Under the pieces are notes generated by a model. That model searched no databases. It was not told the DNA's origin and saw only the letters and a list, made by a program, of their open reading frames with translations. Position numbers and translations under genes: made by a program. Positions 36,011-47,880 of a DNA stretch of 64,000 nt are shown here, one piece after another (positions within the stretch are counted from its first letter, which is position 1; each line of letters begins with the position of its first letter). Source of the stretch: Geosiphon pyriformis uo1 (Eukaryota; Fungi; Glomeromycota); NCBI GenBank assembly GCA_016748015.1, contig JAAOMT010000460.1:26820-90819 (forward strand), given 5' to 3'.

Positions 36011-39000
36011 CTAATCTTGTTTCATTCTTGAGAAACAATCAACATTGGTGTGGAGTTTTTCTGGTTTGTGGTGTACAATGTATCAATAGTTGGCTAAAAA
36101 TCTTGTCCATCAGATTTGTTTTGTATTCAGTTGGGTGTTTTTGTTCTGAAGCCTTTTGAGTCCAATATTATCAGTAATAATATCAAATTTTTTAGGCCTG
36201 AGATAAAGATTGAAGTGGTGTAGGGCCCAAATTACGGCTGCTGTTTCTAGTTCTGTGGCAGAGTAGTTTTTCTCAGCTGGTTTTAATGTTCTGCTAGTAT
36301 AAGCGATTACTTGCTCATTTCCATTGTCATCTAATTGTGATAAGATGACACCAAAGACAGTATAAGAAGCGTCTGTAGCTAGTTGAAATCAGTTATTGAA
36401 GTCTGAATAGGCTAGAATTGGAGCTGTTGTCAGCTTTTTCTTGAGAATTTCAAAAGTTTTTTGGTGTTCTTCCATTCATTTGTATTTGATGTTTTTAGTA
36501 ATAAGTGGGTTAAAGGGTTTTGCAATTTCTGAGAATTCTTTGATGAATTTTTGGTAATAGAAAGCTAATCCAATAAATCCTCTCAATTCTGTGGTATTTT
36601 GTGGAGTTTTAAAGTTTTTGACAGTGCTAATTTTTCCAGGGTCTGGTTTAATTCCATCTTTGCTCATAATGTGGCCAAAAAAAGCCAAACTCGTTTTTCC
36701 GAAGTAGCATTTTTCGATGTTCAGTTTCAATCCTGCTTTTTGTAATCATTGAAAAACTTTTCGCAGGTGTTTTAAGTGTAATTCAAAAGATGGTGAATAA
36801 ACATCAGTATCATTGAGATAGACAACTACTGATTTTCAAAGGAGGTCTTTGTAAACAACATCTATGAGTCTTTGGAATGTTGCTGGTGCATTGCATAATC
36901 TGAAAGGCATTATGTTAAACTCGTAATTTCCTCTTTAAGTGGTGAATGCTGTTTTGGGGTGATCTTTGGGATCCATGGCAACTTGCCAGTATTCACTCTC
37001 TAAATCTAATGTTGAAAAGTATTTGGACTTTTCAAGGGCATCCAACATGTCATCAATTCGGGGAAGAGAGTAGGCATCTCCAATGGTAATGCTGTTGAGT
37101 TGTCAATAATCAACACAAAATAGTATCTTTCCATTTTTCTTTTTAACTAGGATCACAGGTGAGGCCCATGGACTCATTGATGATTAAATAAGCCCATTGT
37201 TAAGCATCCATTGTATTTCTTCTTGGATAAATTGGTGGCTTTCTGGAGCAACTCAGTAGGCTTGTTGTCGCCTTGGTTTGGCATCTCCTGTATAGATTTG
37301 GTGTTGAACCAAATTGGTTCTTCCTAAATCATTGTTGTTTTTGGCAAATATATCAGCAAATTCTGCAATTAGCTCTTTGAGCTGGTTCTGTTGTTGTGGT
37401 TCAAGTTGTTCTATGTTGATTCGAGATAGTTTTTCTATGACAACATGGTAGTTTTTAGAGCTGGGGTTTGGGTTGATTTTTGGTAATGAATGTTCAAAAA
37501 TTTCCAAGAAATTGGGAACTGTTTGGGGTAGTTCTTGTTGAAAAATGTTACTGTGAATGACTCCAATTTCTAAGTTATTTAATAAAACTATGGGATAATT
37601 GTTGGGATTGTAAAAAGTAACTCGGACTTTCTTTGTTCCTTCTGGAATATAAATGTTTGGGATCGAGATATTATGTTTCAAGCAGACTTGTTCATTAGAT
37701 TCAAAAATTTGTTGTGTGGTTGTTGGCTTTGAGCAGGTGTAGATTTCCGGATGTTCCCCAAAGGGTAAAATAGTAATTGGTTGTGGAAGTCATAGAATCT
37801 GGTGAGATTCATTTTGTTCATTAAGAGCTATGTTTACTGGAACTGTGAATCATCCAGTTGAACCAAAACCATTGGTTCCTTTTTCACTTTTTCCCAATTG
37901 TTTTCTTTGACTGACTAATTGTAAACCCAAAATGTTGATTAAGGGTAAATAAATAGCTTGAGCAATTTTTTCAACATGTTTAATCTGAAAAGGTTTATTG
38001 GTTTCATTTTGTAACATAATTGTAATGTCTTCTGTATATCCCACATCTATGATTCCTCCTCTAACATTAATTTCTTTGCTTGCCAATAATGATTGTGAAG
38101 CGATTTGGACTATTGCTCCTAATAAGATTTTGAGGGCAATTTTAAGATTGATTTTTGTGAGTAATTTAGATTTAAGAGTAAGGGTATCTTTTCCTGGATA
38201 TCTTAGATTGTATCCAGCATTAATTTCGTGGGCTTTTTCAGGCTTTATTCTTTGTCCATTGTTGTTGAAGTATTTGAGTTGTGAAGCAGGCTGATTTTTG
38301 ATGAGATAAATGGGTGTGGCTTCTATTTTTTCTGTTGCTTCAGGTTTTCTGAATTCAATTTCATATTCATCACTTTCACTGGGCAAAGGAATGCTAAGAG
38401 CATAGCATTCAGGACACCATTGTTCATCACAAAGCATTATGCATTCCTCACATAATTTAATGTTCATTTGCCCTAGCTATTGAGCTTGAGCTTCTTTGGT
38501 CAGGTAGGTGTAACTGGCAATTTGGTGATATACTTCTACTTCATTTTTGTAGTTGTATCCAGCAATTTCAAAGATGTATGCAATGTATTCTGATTCTTTC
38601 ATTTGACAAACATTTTCTTGAGTGGCTCCGTTGATTAAAGCCATTGCTAAATCGAAAATCATTTTGGCATCATGAGAGTAATGGTACAGTTTGTTGAAGG
38701 CACTATTGTAAGCAGCATCAAAAGATGTTCCTCTTTTGACTTTTTCTGAAATTGATAAAGCATATTGGCAGGTTTGATCGCAGACTCCTCTTCTCATTGT
38801 TACATCAATCTAATTGTATTCTTCTGGTAGCATATTTTCACAAGTCAAACAAGAGGTGTTGTCCCATTTTCTATTTTTTTTTATTAGGTGGCCCCATTGT
38901 TTTCTGTGACAAGCCTTGCAGTAATAACAAGTATGATTTTCATATTCTTCTTCAGATGAAATGCAGGCTTCCATTGATGAAAGTTTTTTGTGGCAATCTT

Positions 39001-41623
39001 TGCATTTGAGTGGAATGTAAGGGCGTTGTTTTTGTGGTTCTGGCTTTGAGTAAGAGATATTCCATCCAGGGGTTTCAGGTTTAGAGTGTGGAGTAAAATG
39101 TTCTTGTTCAGTTTTATTGGCCCAATTGGACATTGATCCAAGAGCCATGAATGTTTCGATTATTGGTTTTTCTTCTTCTGGTTCGAATTCAAAAGCTGGG
39201 GCTTTTTCGGAGTGTTTGTTAAATATACCACAAGTGGCAAGTACTTGGGCATGTTGTCCTTGGTAAGAGATTTGTAGTTCTTGGGTTTCTCAGTCTAATT
39301 TTGAATTGGCTTTTTGAAGCCAGTCATTTCCGACAAGAGCTTGATACTAAGGAGCATCCATTACAAGAACTTTGACTGAAATGGTAATTCCATCAAGAGT
39401 GAATGGAAAATTGTCAATTTCTCTTACTGGAGTCTTTTTTATGCCATCAGCAGTGACAATGATTGTCTGAGCTGATCAGTCAACATTTCTCTTTAACTGT
39501 TGCATCAACTGGTAAGTAATAATACTTCCAGTGGATCCACTGTCTAGGATTAAGCGAATTGTTTTTCCTTCAACTTCAGCTTTAGTATACATAGCTGTGA
39601 TTGCTTTCTGTTCATTTGCAGCAATATTGCTGAGTAAAAATAGTGATTCATTGGCTTTGAACTCGAAAGGAAAGATATCAGAAAGATTGGCATTTTCAGC
39701 AATTCTGGCTGGTAGAATAGTGGTGTGGTTATGAGAAAAATTTTGTTGTTGTGCTGCAGCTCTACCTTCCGAGAGTACAGTATGGTAAAAATTTTGTTCT
39801 TCTGACATTGTTAAATAATTGGGTTGAGTGTGATAGTGGTTGGGTTTCAGTTGAGTGGAATTTTGGGAAACCAATTGGTTGTTTGAACTGATTCTATTGT
39901 TGTTTACTTGGTATCAGTTTTGTGATGTGAATTGATTTTGTGTAATCAATTTTCGAGCAAGTACCTGATAATATTGTGTGGATGATTGTTGGTATTGCTG
40001 TTGAATTGGCTGTGGGGCAGGCTGATAATAGTTATTTTGGTATTGGAGTCTTGGTGGATAGTAAGCTGGGGGTGGTGGTTAATAATAAAATTGCTGTGGT
40101 GGAGGATAACATTGATTATTTCTCTGTTGTTGGTCTCATTGCAATTTTCTACAATTGCATTTCTAGTGTCCTGGAATTTCACAATAATGACAATTTTGGA
40201 TTTGGTTGTTGGATGGTGGTCCGAAGTTGTTTTGATTGCATCATTGTGAGGGTTGGTATCTTTGTGGTTGTTGTGATTGTTGTGGCTGCTGTTGTTGCTG
40301 TTGGTTGGTAAAGTAATTTTCAACTTTCTTGGTTAATTGGTCAATCTTTTCTTCAGCTGCTGAGCTGGTTTTTCTAATAACCAGGTTAACAAATTTGGTA
40401 CAGTTGGCTTCTTCTATGGCTATTTCATAGTTTTTCACCTGTTGAATAGCAGTGGCTAAATTTTCTGGTGCATGTGAGTGAACTTTTTTGATGAGTTTGT
40501 CTTTTAGTCCAGCAATGAATTAATCCAAGATTTGTGCATTGGAGTAGTATTCATTGGTTTCCAATTGGTGAATCCTTCTAAGCAGTTTGTTGAATTTCTC
40601 AAGATAGGTCATAACTAATTCACTTGGTTCTTGCTTGATATTTTGGAACTGATTTCGAAGAGTAATAGAAGTGTTATTGTTAGTGAACTGTTCTAGAAAA
40701 GCAGTTTTGAATGCTTCTCAGTGTTCTGGTGGGACTTCCAAGTTTTCAAACCATTCACCAGCTGTTCCTTGTAAGAAATATGGGATTGTTTTTAACATTC
40801 TGGCAGCATTCCAACCATTTGCATCTCCTGCTTTAGAGACTTTGTCAAGCCATTTTTGAAGACTGGTTTCACTGTTTTTTTCTGTGAACTCAGGAATTTT
40901 TGCGATATATGTAGAGACCATTTCTTCTTCATTTTCAATGTCTTCTGTTTCTAATTCTGCTTTAGTTTCTTCATTTTCCAAGCTTTCTGAATGATTACTT
41001 TCGTTTTCCTGTAAGTAATTAAGAAGGTTGGTGCTAGTTGATATTGGTTCTTGTTGTTAAATAAAGCTTTTAGGTAACTGAAAATCTTTTATTCTTGAAA
41101 ATTGAATAAGAGGTGAGCTTGGTGTTTGTGGTTGAGCAAGTAAAGCTGGAAATAGTGTGATTGAGAGTGGTAATTTAAAGCTGGTTCCTTGTTCTGGAGT
41201 TTGTAAATGTTTGGCAGTAGTTTTAGGTGTATTGGAAGTAGTTTTGAGTTTTTGTTTCTTTTTTTCTTTTCCTTCTTCTGTTTCCAATTCAAAACCAAGA
41301 GAAAATTTCTGTTCTACTGAGTAATTCTCTTCACAATACTGAATGATATTGAAGTTGAGTTCTTGGAAGTATGTTTCAAGTGTTTGACTGTTAAAATCCT
41401 GAATGTTTAGATGAGAGTGATATACTAAGCTTTTATATAAGTTGTGTCTAACTTCTGAAATATTGTAGTCTTCAAAAAGATAATTGTTGATACAATTTTC
41501 AATGTATTGGTAAAGTGTTTTCTTGAATGTTTCAATTCCATTTAAAATGTTAAATTTCTGCTTACAGTGGGTGTAGATTGACTGATAATACTCTAGAGTT
41601 CTTGAATCTGTTTGAGTCACCAC
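36011..41623 (-). pseudogene. Element B Gag-PR-Cys-rich-dUTPase-RT-RNaseH polyprotein (single frame, nonsense-disrupted)
   Basis: ORFs ending at 41668, 40981, 40438, 39874, 39148, 38797, 38467, 37681 and 36730 share one frame. Motifs: ILDSGSTGS (PR), GGIIDVGY and GFGSTG (dUTPase), [14 protein letters not shown] and YLND (RT), TDAS (RH). Ends FSRMKQD*. Confidence 0.9.
37850..38270 (-). pseudogene. Trimeric-type dUTPase domain in B pol
   Basis: AGYNL (motif I), SQSLL (decayed II), GGIIDVGYTE (III), KIAQAI (IV), KGTNGFGSTG (V). Confidence 0.88.
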
Positions 41624-41650
41624 TTTTGAAGTTGTTGTTACTGTGTTATT

Positions 41651-41667
41651 TTCGTGGAAGAGCACCA
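41651..41667 (-). promoter_or_regulatory. Primer-binding site of B (TGGTGCTCTTCC...)
   Basis: TGG-starting motif 2 nt inside the 5' LTR boundary. The tRNA was not identified. Confidence 0.75.
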
Positions 41668-41669
41668 AA

Positions 41670-42643
41670 TGTTACCGGAGGTTTTTGGTCTCTTTTCTCG
41701 AATGTTGTTAATGTTGATTTGCTGTGAATTCACGTTTCCAGGAAGTAGTTGGACCTCCAGTAACTGAATTTATCTTCAAATTATCTCTTATAATTTGAAC
41801 TGCTGGGCTTATGAGTGGAATGGCCAATTTCATGCCAGTTGCTTTATATAGTTACGTTGTAGTAAATGTCAACTCTTTCTCAGAAATTGCTCATCTGGAA
41901 GCTCACTAAAAATGTGTAGTTACTTTGCTGTAAAAGTCAACTCTTCTACAAGAATCTCGTCTGTAGGCTACCCTAATGATTGTAATAAGAAAAAAAAATA
42001 AAAGAAATGTAAAGAAAATTGAATTCTGTTAAAGGAAACATTTTCTATCCAGGCCTGAAGTTACTAACAGTTTTACTGAAATTGGTAGCTAATCAATTTC
42101 AAAATGTTAATTGGGTTTTGGGGATTTTTCAAGTGCAATAATTAAAGAATGTGGTTTTTCAAATTATTTGATATTTATTTCTTTTTGTGTATGTAGGAAT
42201 GGTTCTAAGTAATAAATCTAAAGTAAGATACATTTTCTCGAAGAGGGAAGCTTTTCTTTTATACAACTTGTCATAACACTATTCTATGAACTTGAACTTT
42301 GCTATTTTCTACAATTTTGTTGAACTAAAGATACATTTTGGCAAACTACAAGTTATTTCTGTGAACTATTAGATATTTTGGTAAACTATCAATTATTTTG
42401 GCAAATTTCTACAAATTTCGGTGAACTTTTTGAATGTTATATAGTTTGGGGTATTGCATGATTGATCATCACAATTAGGTTATATTTATGTTATATGCAA
42501 ATTGGATTATTAATTAAATGATAATTTCAGACATTTTGCTAATGTAATAAGTAATAATTTGAACAATAATATATGCTAATTAATTATAGGAATTATAAAG
42601 ATAATTTTATGCTAAATAATATCTCTAATTTCATCTGGTAACA
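41670..42643 (-). repeat. 5' LTR of element B (974 bp)
   Basis: TGTTACC...GGTAACA inverted termini; matches the 3' LTR. Confidence 0.93.
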
Positions 42644-42647
42644 TTGT

Positions 42648-45600
42648 CCAAAACTGGTGTGTGTCAATTGCGGCAAGAAATTGTTATCAATGGGCACATG
42701 CTGTGGCAATAATAAAGAATACCAAATAGTAACCAAATTTTACTATCATGTGTGTATCATAAAACACTTTGGAAGATCAAAACAAGTAGGAAAATGGGAT
42801 AATAAACCATGCTTGGCTTGTGGAGAAACTTTTCTGGACAAAGGAATGTGAAATAATATTTCTGGGCAAGAAAAAACGTGCAACAAATCATGTCAATACA
42901 TGATTCTCATAAGTGACTGGGTGAGAAAAGAAACACCCATAGACATTGCCTAGAGACAAGCCGTCAAATGTCTGGATGAGTGCCCACATGACAATGATGA
43001 AATCTGGTAAATAGCACTCACTAAAATTGAAGGAGTGACCCCAAAAGAAATAAAAACAATAAAAAATAATCTACCTGAACCTATAAAACTTGACTGGAAC
43101 CCAGAACCAGTCATAAATCTCCTAGATCCAAAACAATTCCACAAACATTATCAAGAGCTAGCACCTACCAGAGAAGAACAAGAGCAACATTTGGAGCAGT
43201 TGAATACTCAGTTATGTCAACATTGCTTAATTCTCTGTGACTTTCAATATTGTAATGAGTGTGATCTTATTTACAATCCACTACCATGCATGATCTACAT
43301 GATCCCAAAAGAAGAACCAATCAACAGCTGCACATTGGAATTGGAATCAGTTTTCAATCTCAATTCAAACTCCAACAATGATGATAACAAAAACACCAGT
43401 TCCAGCTCTGTACAATATGGCAACAAAAATATCAATGATTCAGACTTTGATTCAAATCCTGAAATATACATTGCACTTTTTGATCTCTCTAAGAAGCAGG
43501 AACTCAAATGGTATAATAATAATAATGAAGATATCATGCCAGAACATACATATAATACTGATGTAGAGTTTGATCTAAGATATCCAGAAAAAGAAGCCAT
43601 CAAATTGGAACCAAATTTGTGCACATATATTGATTTCAAAATAGCTTTGGAAATTCTAACAACAACCATAGTTCAATTAGCATTTAAGAGTAGTTTAGCA
43701 AAAAAAGGAATCAACATCAGAGGAGGAATAATTGATGTGGAATACATAAGAAATATTATCGCTATGTTACAAAATGACTCAAAAAAGACCTATATTATAA
43801 AGCCAAATGAAAAGATAGCATAGGCAATATTCTTACTTCTGGTAAAAATAGCTCAGTTAGTTCCAGTGGGAAGGAGAGAAGAATTAGGTATAACTGCAAG
43901 AAGAATACAGAGATTTGGATCAATGGGTAGAATAGACATACCAGTCAATATGATAGAAAAAGAAATTGTTGACAAAAAAGAAATTATCTCAACTCATCAA
44001 TTAATTTCTATTCCACTATATGATCAGTATATGTTAGCCATAAAAAAGGAAATAAAGAATCAAGCTCAATTGTTTGAAACAGAAGCCACAATTTGTGAAT
44101 CAGGAGAAATTAGACTCACTAATCTTTACATATTAGCCAAAAGCCCCAAAAACATCAAAATTCCCATCTATAATGCAACTGAAAAGATCATCAAAATACC
44201 AAAGAGAACTATCATTGAATATTTAACCATTCAAGTTAAGGATCAACCACCAAACCACATTCCAGATTTTCCACAGCTTTGTAAATATGTAGACATTATA
44301 TTACAAACTATCTACGGACGAAATGAATGTTATCCACTCCAAACTGAACAATTGGAACAGATAAACATAGAGAATCTAGACTCACTCCAACAGATGCAAC
44401 TAAAGATATTACTCAACAATTTTAATGACATCTTTGCAAGTGAAAATGAATTCAGCTGCACCAACATCATTTAGCATTAGATCAAAACTGGAGATGTGAT
44501 GCCAATTAAACAAAAAACATACAGAGTACCACCAACTAGCCATGAGATTATTTGTTAAAAAATTAACCAAATGCTTAACAATGGGCTAATTCAGCCATCA
44601 ATGAGTCCATGGTTATTACCAGTGGTACTGGTCTGTAAAAAAAATGGAAAAATCCGTTTTTGTGTAGACTACTGAAAACTGAATAGAGTAACAAAAGGTA
44701 ATAGCTATTCAACTCCAAAAATCCAAGAACTATTTGATGCTTTTGAAGAGAATAAATGGTTCTCAATACTGGATTTAAATAGTGGTTACTGACAAGTAGC
44801 CATGGATCCAGCTAACAAAAAAAAAATAGTATTCACCACAAGAAAAAGAAATTTTGAGTTTGAAGTCATGCCATTTGGCTTGATAAATGCTCCAGCAACA
44901 TTTCAACAGTTCATGGAAATTGTCTATACTGGATTACTATGGAAATCAGTAGTTGTATACTTGGATAACATCAATGTGTTCTCAAAAACATTCGATGATC
45001 ATCTGCATCATCTCCAACAAGTGTTTGAAAGATTAAAAAGAGCTGGATTAAAGCTAAATGCGAACAAATGTTTCTTTGAAAAAACTGAATTCAAGTTTTT
45101 GGGACATGTGGTGAGCAAAGATGGAATCAAAACAGATCCAGACAAGATTGAGATTGTTAAAAACTTTCCAGTACCAAATAATCTCACAGAATTGAGAGCA
45201 TTCTTAGGATTTGCCAGATACTACTACTGCTTTATCAAAGACTTTTCCAAAATAGCTTAACCACTACACCAACTCCAAACAAAGAATGTAAAGTACAAAT
45301 GGACAGAAATCCAACAAGAAGTTTTTGACATATTAAGAAAAAAGCTTATTCAAGCTTCAGTATTAATGTATCCAGACCATAGCAAACCATTCATAATTAC
45401 CACTAATGCATCAGGCCAAGCATTGAGAGCAGTACTTTTACAGAAAGAACCTAATAGAAGAGAGCATCCAGTAGCTTATGCCAGTAGAAGTTTAAATCCA
45501 GCTGAGAAGAATTATGGAACTCCAGCACTAGAACACTTAGCTATCTATTGGGCTGTCATTAAATGGAAAAAATACTTAAGCCAAAAGTTTGAAGTATATA

Positions 45601-45761
45601 CTAATCACAAAGGATTGACTTTAATTCAAAAACAAAAATTTAGAGACAATTGCCATGTCAGATAGAAAATAGAACTTTCACTATTCAATTATACAGTACA
45701 TTATAAAAAAGAAAAAGACAATAGAAATGCTGATGGATTATTACAAATGAGACAAATCTAA
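42648..45761 (+). pseudogene. Element A pol continuation: Cys-rich domain, dUTPase, RT, RNase H
   Basis: ORFs 42657, 43035, 43866, 44802 and 45366 share one frame. Motifs: GGIIDVEY and RFGSMG, MPFGLINAPATFQQ, YLDN, TNASG, PVAYASR. Ends ADGLLQMRQI*. Confidence 0.9.
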
Positions 45762-45791
45762 AAACATTTCAACCCAAAAATATAACAAAAA

Positions 45792-47174
45792 ATGAACACA
45801 CAAAAATACCAACAACTCCAGCATTATATAAATACTCAATCATTTAAGGAGAAATTATCTCAAAAAGAACAAAACAACATAAAACAGCAATCAAAATATT
45901 TTATCAATCATCAAAATATACTTTACTGGAAAAACAGAAGAAATCCAGACCAACCAATCAGAGTAATTACAGAATCAGAAAAAGAAACAATATTGTTTAA
46001 CATACACTCAGATCCAACAGCAAGACATTTTCATAAAGAAGCAACCATAGAAAGAACCAGAAAAAGATATTATTGGCCATCAATGTATTCAGACATCATT
46101 CAGTATGTTCAAAACTGTAATGCTTGTCAAAGAAGAAGAAGAACAAAACCCAGTAAACTATTGAGACCAATTAAAGTAAGACAACCATTCAACTATATTA
46201 GAATTGACTTAGTAGGACCATTAACAATCACCAGTAGAGGCAACAGATATATTGCAGTAGCTATGGACTATCTCACAAAATGGCCAAAAGCAAAAGCCAT
46301 TCAAAGAGCAGATGCAGAATCCATTGCCGAATTCATCCATCAAGATTTGATATGTCAACACAGATGTCCAAAAAAATTACTATTAGATCAAGGAACTTAT
46401 TTTGTGAATAGAACATTAACAAAATTAAGTCAGAGATTTGGAATAAAAAGACCATTATTATTATCATATCATCTACAAACTAATGGACTAGTTAAAAGAT
46501 TCAATAAAACATTGTGTGAAGCAATTACCAAACTCAGTCAAAAAAACCAAAATGAATGAGATTTGTTTATACTATCAATATTATTTGCTTATTGGACAAT
46601 GAAACAAGATACTACACAAGCAACACTATTTGAATTGGTATATGGTAGAACAGCAATATTACCAGTTGAGATAGAGGTCAACACATATCCAACTGAACCA
46701 ATAACAGAAACTAATTTCCAAGAAACATTGTTAAAAAGAACATATAAATTAATGAAAACACTAGAAAGCAAATGACAAAAAGCAGCTGATAACATCCAAA
46801 AGTCTCAGAAGAAGCAAAAAAAATGACATAATAACCAATTACCAGATAAACCAGTTGAATTTAAGATTGGAGACAAAGTATTTCTACATTGTACCAAAGC
46901 AAAAAAACAATGGAGTGGAAAATTTGACCCCAAATAGGATGGACCATTTCACATAAAAGAAATTTTTAGAAATAAAGCTTATAAATTAAGATGGGACAAC
47001 AAAATCTTAGCCAAAACAGCACATGATAATCGACTGAAACAATATCACCAGATAGCATCACCATCTACCAATAACATTCCACAACTAAGAGTACAAAGAA
47101 TACTAATTCAACCAAATAAGATTCCATGAGATCTGGAACCAATCATAGTTATTGAACCAAACACATCAAATTGA
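45792..47174 (+). pseudogene. Element A integrase, separate ORF (460 codons)
   Basis: Own ATG (MNTQKYQQ). HSDPTARH...CNAC, IDLVGP, DQGTYF, NGLVKRFN, DGPF, C-terminal LEPIIVIE. Confidence 0.88.
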
Positions 47175-47229
47175 ACAACCAAAAAAGTATATAAAGACAC
47201 AGGACATATGACAAAAACAACCAAGAAAA

Positions 47230-47865
47230 ATGGAAATACCAGATTATATCCACACTATAACTCAACAATTGTTCCAGGCCTTAAGTAAACAACAATTGGA
47301 CATGGAAATTGTTATTAGCAACCAAATAATTTGCTATCGAAACATCCAAAGAAAGACAAAAAATACACCATATCAGCAACCACCAAAGAATGATAAAAAA
47401 TGGTCAAATAACATAATAGAAAAAATAAAAAACACTTTTGGGAAAATACCTATTATGGCACCAACAAAAGAACTTACAAAAGAGAATTGGAAGCAATAGA
47501 CAGAACAACTTCCAATATCATACTGTTACTATCAGTTAGGTCGAAAGTTGAATATTCAAGAATTGTATATTGACAAATCCAAGAGAGTATTTAACCAAAA
47601 CATAATACAGCAAATTGAAAAATTTATTGGTAAAAAGATGAACTTGACACTACATGTGAGAACAATTTATCGACTACACAACATATTTCAGAACTATCCA
47701 GAAATACTGTTACACTTGGACATGAAAACTATAACTATTAACCAATAGGAAAGAATAAACAATGTACAAGTAGAAGACATGAAAAATAAAGTCGAACAAA
47801 CAATACTAGAAAAAAAAGTATTAGAGCTAATTCAGAATAAAGATTTCAACAGAGCTCAATATTAA
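47230..47865 (+). pseudogene. Element A ORF3, uncharacterised accessory protein (about 211 aa, two internal TAG)
   Basis: ORFs 47230 and 47548 share a frame that continues to FNRAQY* at 47863-47865; homologous to B ORF3. Confidence 0.75.
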
Positions 47866-47880
47866 AAAAAGAGGAGATAA
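47864..47880 (+). promoter_or_regulatory. Polypurine tract of A
   Basis: aaaaaaagaggagataa directly before the 3' LTR. Confidence 0.8.

Larger units (their letters stand above)
31751..42643 (-). mobile_element. Ty3/Gypsy element B (youngest; dUTPase-containing), full length, nested in A
   Basis: 5' LTR 41670-42643. 3' LTR 32960-33744 plus the inverted piece 31751-31937. TSD TTGT (42644-42647; acaa at 31938-31941 inside the inversion). Removing B gives in-frame A sequence YHCPKLVCVNC. Confidence 0.93.

Noticed and set aside
29677-47865. Alternative genetic code or programmed readthrough explaining the many in-frame stops
   Set aside because: The stops sit at Trp/Arg/Gln positions and differ among copies, as expected from transitions. 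Only the post-RNaseH stop is shared.
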